44,299 nt of DNA, taken from Deltaproteobacteria bacterium. GTDB lineage: Bacteria; Desulfobacterota; GWC2-55-46. The number at the start of each line of letters is the position of its first letter. Position 1 is the stretch's first letter. The translations under genes were made by a program, and so were the position numbers. Positions 36,912 through 44,299 of this stretch are shown piece by piece. The notes under the pieces were generated by a model. That model was not told the origin of the DNA, did no database searches, and saw only the letters and a list, made by a program, of their open reading frames with translations. The stretch is from NCBI GenBank assembly GCA_038041305.1, contig JBBTGV010000013.1:5510-49808 (forward strand). The letters are read 5' to 3'.

Positions 36912-38357
36912 TTACCATTCTTTTTTCCATATAAGCGACGCAAAGGCGGACAACTCGTTTTTCTTGAAAATGCCCGCCGTATAAAGCACGCCGAAATACA
37001 TTATCGCCCCAAGCACGGCGGCAAGGGCCAATGAGGCTGTATTCGGCCCCTTTATCAATAATACCACAGCTCCGCTTAAAATTCCCGCAAGACATGTCTT
37101 TGTCAGTACTTTGTCAAAAGACGCCTTAAAACCGGTATTTGACAGGAAATAGAGCGAAAAAAGGAATAAACCCGTGTAAGAGACAAGCGCGATGTACGAT
37201 GCCGCCATGTACCCGTATTTAGGTATAAAGAAAAGCCCAGCGAGTATGTTTACGGCAAGCATGAGCCCCGCGTAAAACACGATGTATCTCTGCCTGTTCA
37301 TGGCAACGAGCACCACGTTTGACACCATATCCATTGAAAGCGGTATGATCGCCCATGACACGACCCTAAGGGCCGGGACCGCGCCGAGGTATTTGTCGCC
37401 AAAGGCGATCCTGATAATCTCCTCCGCAAAAAGGGAAAAATACATCGCGATCAGGAAGTTCAGCACGAAAAAGTACCTGAATATCTTTTCATAGAAGTCA
37501 AACGCCTTTTCAGGCTCGTTGTGCTCCAGCCTCGCGATAACCGGGAACATCGCCGCGATCAGGGCCGCCGGCAGGATCTGCACCTGAAGAACCGTATTAT
37601 GCGGGGCCTGAAAAAACGCGACGGACTCAAGCGAACCGAGCCACTTGAGCAGGAGCACGTTTATCCTTGAAAGATTCTGGCAGAGGAATACACCTATCCC
37701 GACTATTGCGGAATCCACAAAAAACTTTCTCAGCACCTCCCTCTTGATGTAAAGCTCAGGCCTTACGAAGCCCTTGAAAAGTATGATGGAGGTCAATGCG
37801 AACTGTATAAGGTTTGCCGCGGCTGAGGCCGCTATAATGCCAGTCAGCCCAAGGTCAAGCCCTACTGCGGCCAATATAAAGCCCGTAAGGGACAGGTAGT
37901 ACACAAGGGCTATTGCCGGCTCGTAAAACATCTTTTCATAGGCCTGGAATACCGCCCTGCCGAGCATGCTGAACGCGAGAAAGGTCTCGGATGCGATTGC
38001 GACTATAAACGGGATCGTCGCCTCGGCCGAGAGGTCCATGAATTTTATAGACAAGAAAAGCGCGGCAACCGCGGTGGCGGTCAGGTACGACCTTAGCCGC
38101 AGCGCCACCCCGAGGTAATGCCCCGCGTTCTCCCTGTCCCTTGCGATGTCCCTTATAAGGACCTGCTGTATCCCGAAGTAGGAAAGGGCCATAAGCGAGG
38201 TCACGAACGCGATGATGAAGGTATACTCGCCGTACGCCAGGACGGAAAGGTAGCGGGCGACTATAATGAGGATGAAAAAAGAGGACGCCACCTGCACGCC
38301 TTTTGCCGCGAGTATGAAAATTGAATTTTTTAATATGCTTGAGTTTGTTGAAAGCAC
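36912..38357 (-). CDS. wzx: Wzx-type flippase (MOP/PST family)
   Basis: ILKNS...IVARYLSVLAYGEY, about 12-14 hydrophobic segments, MFPVIARL, FGDKY and FIPKYG motifs. Confidence 0.88.
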   Translation of the reverse strand: MLSTNSSILKNSIFILAAKGVQVASSFFILIIVARYLSVLAYGEYTFIIAFVTSLMALSYFGIQQVLIRDIARDRENAGHYLGVALRLRSYLTATAVAALFLSIKFMDLSAEATIPFIVAIASETFLAFSMLGRAVFQAYEKMFYEPAIALVYYLSLTGFILAAVGLDLGLTGIIAASAAANLIQFALTSIILFKGFVRPELYIKREVLRKFFVDSAIVGIGVFLCQNLSRINVLLLKWLGSLESVAFFQAPHNTVLQVQILPAALIAAMFPVIARLEHNEPEKAFDFYEKIFRYFFVLNFLIAMYFSLFAEEIIRIAFGDKYLGAVPALRVVSWAIIPLSMDMVSNVVLVAMNRQRYIVFYAGLMLAVNILAGLFFIPKYGYMAASYIALVSYTGLFLFSLYFLSNTGFKASFDKVLTKTCLAGILSGAVVLLIKGPNTASLALAAVLGAIMYFGVLYTAGIFKKNELSAFASLIWKKEW

Positions 38358-38422
38358 CGGTTTGAATTGTCCTTGGAATATGCGATTTAAGGCATGGCTT
38401 GGCGGCTTAAAAGAAACTATTT

Positions 38423-40147
38423 TTACCGGCAGTCTTCAGGGCATACCCCTTTTTCCCTTTCAACGGGGCCGCATACGCCGTCCCCGCACCTTCCCCTCTG
38501 GCCGTTCCTGCCCTCGCCCCTCTGCTCGGTCCGTCCCGGCCTCTCTGCGCCTTGTGACGGTTCATCATAGAGGTCTTCCGTATCTATGGGAATCGCCCCT
38601 GCCGTCTCATCCTCTATTATCAAAGGCCGCTCCGTAAGATTAAGCCTTATTGACCTGCCTTCAACGCCTATTATGTCCGCGTTAAAAGACCCGCCCGCCG
38701 CCACCACGGCCGTAACCCTGACCCTTTTGTACGGGACGTCTTTAATCAGATATTGGGCGCCCCCCTTGTTGTCGTTCCACGCTATCCAGACGGGCCGGCC
38801 CGCCATTAGGACCTTAAACACATACAATCCGCCCGAGTTCTCAATGGAGGTCATGCCCTCAAAATCCGCCCCGTCAAGCCTTGAGGCCATGAGCCTGTAG
38901 GTGTGGTACGCGGGCCTTTTCACGAGCCTGCCGGATACATCCCTTGAAACGATCGCCCCCTTGCTGAACGGGTCGGGCGCGCTCGCCGAGGCCGCAAGGG
39001 CCGTCCAGAAGACCTTCTTGGCCCCGACGGACATCGCGTATATGTAGCGCTTGAAAAGGTCCTGCGCGTGCTCGGTCTCTCCAGAATATATGCCCGTCGT
39101 CTCGGTCACGATAAAGGGGGATGTCTCCTCAAAATACTTCCTTTCAATCTTCCAGATGTCGTCCCTTAATATCACTATCCTCCTGTACTGCACCTCCGGG
39201 GGCATGATGCGCTTAAAAAACCAGTGCACGTCAAGCATGTCGTATTTTTTAAGCCCCGAGCTTATTGAGGCGAGCTTCGCAAAAAACCTTTCCGCGAAAT
39301 CGGTCGTGGCGCCGAGGTCGTCAAAATAAAGCGCGGCGGCAATGACCGTTGCCTCCGGGTCGGCGGATTTTACGGCGTCGTAGGCAACGCTTAAGGTCGT
39401 GGCATAGTCCTCGGCAGTGCCGATCCAGTAATCCCTCATGAACGGCTCTTCCTCTATGAGCCAATATTTAACGGCGTACCTTAATCCCGGCATGTCGTCC
39501 CGGCCGTCAAAGTCGTACCGTTCAACGACGGCGGATACGAACCTCTTGTATTGCTCAATGTCCCGCGGCAGCCTCGGCACCTTTCTCTCGCCAGCCGCGG
39601 CCCCGGCCTCAGGCTCAGTGGCCCTTATGTTCGCCAGAAGCTCTATGCCGTTGGCCTGAAGATACCTCACGAGGCAGTCGTATTCGTCCCATTTAAACCC
39701 GGTGTATGCGCCGTCGGAATTTTTTCCCTGCACCCGCTTCCATATAAACGCCTGAAGCCCGCCGCCCTTGACCCATCTGACTCGGAGGTCCTGCATAAGC
39801 TCGGGCAGCCTTTTGTTCCACGAAAAAAATTCGCCCTTGTAGGTAATCGCGTCAAGGAATCCGAACGGAGACTCCGCGTATTGGGGCGGATGCGGAACGG
39901 GCTTGAAGCCCAAGGGCACCTCAGGGCATTGCGTCTGCTCCGGCTGGTTGGACCGCGCCTCGGTCCTCGGCCCGAGGGCAAGATACGTCTCTGCGCCGGC
40001 TGGGGCAACGGACAGGCTTAAGCCAAAGGCAAAAAGGACTGAAACCCAGGCAAAAAACCCCGCCCCTGACAATGCAACCGCCCTAAGAACGCCTGTTTTA
40101 TGAAAATGTCTCAAGATATTATCGCCCCGTCGGCCCCCCAAAACCAT
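38423..40147 (-). CDS. Secreted clan GH-A-like glycoside hydrolase (GH39/GH5-like) with a Cys-rich C-terminal tail
   Basis: Signal peptide (APAGA|ET); SPFG, VVERYD.DG.DD, YWLIEEEP (acid/base position), DVHW, IVTET (nucleophile), KVFW and KRPAYHTY motifs. Confidence 0.75.
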   Translation of the reverse strand: MVLGGRRGDNILRHFHKTGVLRAVALSGAGFFAWVSVLFAFGLSLSVAPAGAETYLALGPRTEARSNQPEQTQCPEVPLGFKPVPHPPQYAESPFGFLDAITYKGEFFSWNKRLPELMQDLRVRWVKGGGLQAFIWKRVQGKNSDGAYTGFKWDEYDCLVRYLQANGIELLANIRATEPEAGAAAGERKVPRLPRDIEQYKRFVSAVVERYDFDGRDDMPGLRYAVKYWLIEEEPFMRDYWIGTAEDYATTLSVAYDAVKSADPEATVIAAALYFDDLGATTDFAERFFAKLASISSGLKKYDMLDVHWFFKRIMPPEVQYRRIVILRDDIWKIERKYFEETSPFIVTETTGIYSGETEHAQDLFKRYIYAMSVGAKKVFWTALAASASAPDPFSKGAIVSRDVSGRLVKRPAYHTYRLMASRLDGADFEGMTSIENSGGLYVFKVLMAGRPVWIAWNDNKGGAQYLIKDVPYKRVRVTAVVAAGGSFNADIIGVEGRSIRLNLTERPLIIEDETAGAIPIDTEDLYDEPSQGAERPGRTEQRGEGRNGQRGRCGDGVCGPVEREKGVCPEDCR

Positions 40148-40170
40148 GCCTTATGATATCAAAGATTCGC

Positions 40171-41640
40171 TCAGCCCACAACATAGACCGGCCAGGCCGC
40201 GCCTTCACGCGCCTTGGCCTGTTTAAGGACCGCGTTTGCCGCGACAATGTTTAAGGCGAGATAAAACCACGGATACCTGCCTATCATTGACGTAAATTCA
40301 TACTCAATAAGCCCGTGCACGCAGACCTCTCCGATTACGATGGCGGATGTCGCGATAAGGATGATGTATTGGGGCGAGGCCCTGTCAACCGCCTTAAAGC
40401 ACCTTACAAGCATTGCCAGGAGCATGTAAAACGCGATCAAAAAGAGCATGATGCCGAAGATGCCTATGTCAAAAAACATCGCAAGGAAGAAACTGTGGAC
40501 CTCCGGCGACTGCGTGTAGTAGACGAATCCGCCGGGGCCAAGCCCGAAGAGAAGCTTATGAGGCCTTTCAACCATCTTCCTAAGCCCTGTCTTCCACCAG
40601 TCAATCCTTACGTCCATGCCCGTGCTCTCAAACTTTGACGAGGTGCTCGTTGACCTCTTGGCCTCTGAAAAAAGAAGCTCCCCCTCGTAGCCGAACCCGA
40701 CGAGGAGCCTGTCCACGAACTGGGGCTTTGCTATGAGCATGAGCGCCGGTATTGCTATGACAAAGGCGGCGGTGAGCGTTATAAACCTTATCCTCCCCTT
40801 CTCGTGAAGAAGTATGAAGGAGATTATCCCGGCGGCGAATCCGATAATCGTGCCCCTTGATGTCGTCATGAACATCGCAACCGCCATAAAAACACCCGCG
40901 AACGCGTAATACGCCTTTTTGAGCCGGCCCGTTGCCTTAAGCGTCATCGCGATGGCGATAAAGACGACGGCGGAGAGATACCCGCCGGTCTGGTTGACGC
41001 CGCCCAGGCCCGCAAGCCGGTTGTTGTCCTTAAGAAGCCCGTACGAATAGCCGAGGTTCTTGCTGATAAAAACCTTTTCAATGCCGTCGTAATACATCGT
41101 CAGATAAAGGAATGCGCCGGTAACAAGCCCGGATAGTATTATCACGTCAAAAAGCGCGTCAATTGACTCGCTTTTCGCGCCGTACTGTATGAGGAGGTAG
41201 AAGATGATTATGTTTACCGAGAAGATTATCACATTGTGGAACCCGAAGGCCGCGTTCGGCGACCACAACAGCCCCTGCATCTCAAAAAAGAACAAAAGCG
41301 CCGCGACAACGCTCAAGGGGTTTTTCATGAAATGCCACTGGTTTCTCGGATTAAAGGCAAAGGCGGTGCCTATAAGGAGAAAACCCAGCACGAACACATA
41401 GAGCGGATACTTTGAGACATAGATGGAATCCATAAAAAAGACGTTCACGGTCTCCGTTGAAAAAGTAAGCAGAAAGAGGTAGAAGCCCAACCTCGGATTT
41501 ATAACGATCGCAAGGATTACCGGTATTACGACGACAAGCGATATGAAGACAATGGATGAAAAGATAAGATACGAAAGCGCGACAAGGAAGGCGCACGCGA
41601 CAAAAAGGACCGTAAGAATATTCTTGTTTGACGCAACCAT
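40171..41640 (-). CDS. O-antigen ligase/Wzy-family polymerase
   Basis: Many transmembrane segments; RLAGLGGVNQTG, TTSRG, RIDWW...LLFGLGPGGF...EVHS and HGLIE motifs. Likely start ATG 41640. Confidence 0.85.
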   Translation of the reverse strand: MVASNKNILTVLFVACAFLVALSYLIFSSIVFISLVVVIPVILAIVINPRLGFYLFLLTFSTETVNVFFMDSIYVSKYPLYVFVLGFLLIGTAFAFNPRNQWHFMKNPLSVVAALLFFFEMQGLLWSPNAAFGFHNVIIFSVNIIIFYLLIQYGAKSESIDALFDVIILSGLVTGAFLYLTMYYDGIEKVFISKNLGYSYGLLKDNNRLAGLGGVNQTGGYLSAVVFIAIAMTLKATGRLKKAYYAFAGVFMAVAMFMTTSRGTIIGFAAGIISFILLHEKGRIRFITLTAAFVIAIPALMLIAKPQFVDRLLVGFGYEGELLFSEAKRSTSTSSKFESTGMDVRIDWWKTGLRKMVERPHKLLFGLGPGGFVYYTQSPEVHSFFLAMFFDIGIFGIMLFLIAFYMLLAMLVRCFKAVDRASPQYIILIATSAIVIGEVCVHGLIEYEFTSMIGRYPWFYLALNIVAANAVLKQAKAREGAAWPVYVVG

Positions 41641-41696
41641 CCAATCCCCGCCCTTTAAGGCTAAAATTTTCCGCCTTGCCACGTCCGTCTCTCGCG

Positions 41697-42419
41697 TCAG
41701 CCCAGCAGACTCGTCGGGCAAGTAAACGCCATTGCGTCCGCCCTGCCGGCGCCGGCGAGTTTTTCAATGCACAGACAGGCATCTGCCATCGGCGCAATGC
41801 CGTTAGTGAACCTGTGCGTATCGCTTGCGATCACATGGCCGAGGCCGTTCTCTATAAGCTTTTTCGCGGCGTTTTTTACGGTCCTGCCGTATGCCCCCAA
41901 CAGGCTTCCCGCGTTAACCTGCAGGAGCATCCCGTTATCCGCGAAGGGTTTCGCGGCCCTGAAGTCCTGCATTACGTCCGGGCACCTCTCCGGGTGCGCC
42001 CATATGGGGACGATGTTGTTCGCCAGAAACTCAAAAACAACGCTTTGGGCATACGGGGGAATGCCGGAGAGCGGCATCTCAACGAGTATGTGTCTGCCGA
42101 GCCCGCCTATGGTTATCCTCTTTTCCCTCTTCACGAACTGCGGCAACCCCACCTCAAGAAGCACCTCCGCGCCGAGGACCAATTCAAGGCCCGCGGCCTT
42201 GAGCGCGAGCGCGGCCTTAAGCTCGTTAAACTTGTTCTCAACAATGTCAAGATATGCGCTTCTGATGAGATCAAGCGAGTAATGCGGGGTTGCCACCACT
42301 GCCTTTGCGCCGTCCTCCAATGCCTTTACGGCTATGGCTATTGATTCCTCCCTGTCCCTCGCGCCGTCGTCAATGCCGTGGAGTATGTGCGTATGTATGT
42401 CAACGAAACTCAAAGCCAT
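41697..42419 (-). CDS. PHP-family protein-tyrosine phosphatase (CpsB/CapC/YwqE type)
   Basis: DIHTHILHGIDDGA, ATPH, GAEV, AHPER and ASDTH motifs; adjacent to wzc. Confidence 0.93.
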   Translation of the reverse strand: MALSFVDIHTHILHGIDDGARDREESIAIAVKALEDGAKAVVATPHYSLDLIRSAYLDIVENKFNELKAALALKAAGLELVLGAEVLLEVGLPQFVKREKRITIGGLGRHILVEMPLSGIPPYAQSVVFEFLANNIVPIWAHPERCPDVMQDFRAAKPFADNGMLLQVNAGSLLGAYGRTVKNAAKKLIENGLGHVIASDTHRFTNGIAPMADACLCIEKLAGAGRADAMAFTCPTSLLG

Positions 42420-42433
42420 TGGATGAGGTTGCC

Positions 42434-44299
42434 TTACTGGTAGTACTGGGAGTAGTAGTAATAGTATGAGGCCCTTGTGCCGCTCACCTTATTTAAGACC
42501 ACGCCGACGAGGTTAAGATTGGCCTTTCTTATCTGCTCAAGTATGTCACCGAAGATGGTCCTGCTCGCCCTCTCGCTCTCTATGACGACGATTATGCCCT
42601 TTGCGTATCCGCCGAGTATTATGGCGTCGCTTGAAGGCAGAAGCGGCGGGGCGTCAACTATCACGATGTCGTATTCCTTCTCCATCTCGGAGATAAGGTG
42701 CTCCATCCTCTTTGATTCAACAAGCCTTGCGGGGTCCGGCGGGATGGGGCCCGTGGTAATGATGTCAAGGCCGATCAACCCCGTCGCCTGCTTAATTTCA
42801 TGCACGTCCGCGTCTCCGGCGAGTATGCTCGTTATGCCCCTTGCGTTCGGCTTGCCAAACTGAGCGTGTATCGCGGGCCTTCTTAAGTCCCCGTCAATGA
42901 TGAGGACCTTTTTGCCCTCGTTTGCGAGCGCCATGGCGAGGTTGGACGAAAAAAAGGTCTTGCCCTCGCCCTGTATGGAGCTTGTCACGACAATGCTGGT
43001 GACCGGTTTGTCAAGGGTTGCGAATTTCACGGAATTCCGGATGGACCTGAAGGTCTCGTTCAGATGGGACCTCGGGTCCGTCGTATCTATGAGCCGCGTC
43101 TCGTTTTTCTTGAGCTTAAGGATGCTTCCGAGGAATGTCGGGGTTTTAAATGCCTTTATGTCGTCCGACGTCTTTATCGTGTCGTCAAGGTATTCCATGA
43201 GTAGGGCCGCGCCAAGCCCGAATGAAATGCCCATGAAAATACCGACGATCGTGTTCATCACGACATCCGGATTCCTGTGCCTTGCGTCGTTCGGGCCGGG
43301 CGCAATGGCGGGTTCAACGAGGTATATGCTTGATATCGCCATTGACTCGGCAATGCCTATCCTGTACTGGTATGTAAGGAGCGTCTCGTATATGTCCTCC
43401 GTGACGGTTACCCCGAGCTGGACCTGCGCGCTATGGGCGAGTTTTTTGGGCAGCCTCATCATGTCCGCCTCATACGCCGCTATTATCTTAGGGAATTCCC
43501 TGTTCTGCGCCTCGTATCCGGCAAGGTCGGCGTAATACCCTGCCAACTTTCCGGCAAGGTCCTGATACACGGGGTCTACGCTTATGGTCTCGGTGCCGAA
43601 AACCTTTTGAGCCTCTTTCTCAAGAAGCGATCGCATCTCTCTCAGCTTGCCCTGTATCTCAACGACAGAAGGATGCTCGTCGGTATATTTGCTCCTTGCC
43701 GTTGCAAGGTCAAGGTACAAATCCCTGATGGAGAGCTTAAGCGAAATTATGATGTCGTTTTCCTTGATCTGCTCCGACGCCTTCTGAAATCTGGGTATCT
43801 TCTTCAGGTCTTCCTCAATCCTCTTTATGGAACTCCTCGTCTTAAATATCAAAAGGTCGTTGTCAACCATGTTCTTCTTTAAATCATAGACCTTCTGAAT
43901 GATGTTTGAGGTCTCGGTGTCAAGGTTTACGGTCTTTTCAGACTCCTTGAACTCCTTTTGCCCCTCAAGGGCATTACGGTACTCCTGCCTCGCCTTCTCA
44001 ATGTTCTCATCAATAAACTTCCTTGCGCCGAAGTAGTCGTCCCTGACCCTTTTAAGCTCCTCTTCAATGAACGCGTTCGCCATCGCGTTGGCGATGTCGC
44101 TGGCCTGCTTCGGGTCGGGCGAGGTTGCCTCAATCTCAAGTATGTCGCTCTCCTCGTACTGCGTTACCTCAACATACGGCCTCGGAAAGACGATTGACAG
44201 GATTGAGGCGTCGGTTAAATCCTCGGGGCTCATCACCTGAAATGTTGATTCAACGTCCACCCCTATTGCCTTTAATACGGGCTTAAGCCCTGGGATGGC
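42434..44299 (-). CDS. wzc: Wzc-type polysaccharide co-polymerase/BY tyrosine autokinase (5' end beyond the window)
   Basis: Coiled-coil periplasmic region (YTDEHPSV), transmembrane helix, ETFRSIR, GEGKT, IDGDLRRP, VDAPP and C-terminal Tyr cluster YYYYYSQYYQ. The frame stays open from 44260 to the window edge. Confidence 0.94.
   Translation of the reverse strand, partial: AIPGLKPVLKAIGVDVESTFQVMSPEDLTDASILSIVFPRPYVEVTQYEESDILEIEATSPDPKQASDIANAMANAFIEEELKRVRDDYFGARKFIDENIEKARQEYRNALEGQKEFKESEKTVNLDTETSNIIQKVYDLKKNMVDNDLLIFKTRSSIKRIEEDLKKIPRFQKASEQIKENDIIISLKLSIRDLYLDLATARSKYTDEHPSVVEIQGKLREMRSLLEKEAQKVFGTETISVDPVYQDLAGKLAGYYADLAGYEAQNREFPKIIAAYEADMMRLPKKLAHSAQVQLGVTVTEDIYETLLTYQYRIGIAESMAISSIYLVEPAIAPGPNDARHRNPDVVMNTIVGIFMGISFGLGAALLMEYLDDTIKTSDDIKAFKTPTFLGSILKLKKNETRLIDTTDPRSHLNETFRSIRNSVKFATLDKPVTSIVVTSSIQGEGKTFFSSNLAMALANEGKKVLIIDGDLRRPAIHAQFGKPNARGITSILAGDADVHEIKQATGLIGLDIITTGPIPPDPARLVESKRMEHLISEMEKEYDIVIVDAPPLLPSSDAIILGGYAKGIIVVIESERASRTIFGDILEQIRKANLNLVGVVLNKVSGTRASYYYYYSQYYQ

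Noticed and set aside
42434-42470. TAG/TAA triplet run
   Set aside because: This is the antisense of the Wzc C-terminal tyrosine cluster, not a microsatellite.
184-44197. Numerous plus-strand ORFs (e.g. 184-453, 4253-4921, 8669-9322, 12816-13496, 29529-30188, 41628-42344) and short alternate-frame minus-strand ORFs
   Set aside because: They are antisense or off-frame shadows of well-supported minus-strand genes and show no recognisable motifs.
23989-44299. Interpreting the locus as a flagellin glycosylation island or mobile element
   Set aside because: Wzc/Wzx/Wzy point to an exported polymer. No flagellin, Maf, integrase, transposase, tRNA or flanking direct repeats were seen.

Overview
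All genes in this window are on the minus strand and fall into two blocks. (1) Positions 1-23835 are a flagellar/chemotaxis cluster. It contains a sigma54-type fliK-flgD-flgE unit ending in an intrinsic terminator, and a sigma54-type fliL-M-N-O-P-Q-R-flhB-flhA-flhF-flhG-fliA unit. It also contains a sigma28-type unit (HEAT-repeat protein, cheR, receiver protein, cheY, cheZ, cheA, cheB, motA, motB) and a truncated cheW with its own sigma28-like promoter. (2) Positions 23989-44299 are a tightly coupled Wzx/Wzy-type surface-polymer locus: wzc (5' end off-window), PHP tyrosine phosphatase, Wzy/O-antigen-ligase-like protein, secreted glycoside hydrolase and flippase. Downstream of the flippase I recognise no glycosyltransferase or nucleotide-sugar gene. 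Instead there are four tandem cobalamin-binding radical SAM enzymes, three LpxL/PatA-family acyltransferases with non-canonical catalytic motifs, two alkaline-phosphatase-superfamily enzymes and an alpha/beta hydrolase. This cassette is the best candidate for an undescribed system. The tetramer TCGA looks strongly depleted. Gene content suggests a Gram-negative, deltaproteobacterium-like host (inference only). I saw no rRNA, tRNA, CRISPR array or mobile element. All calls come from motif recognition by eye, without database searches.
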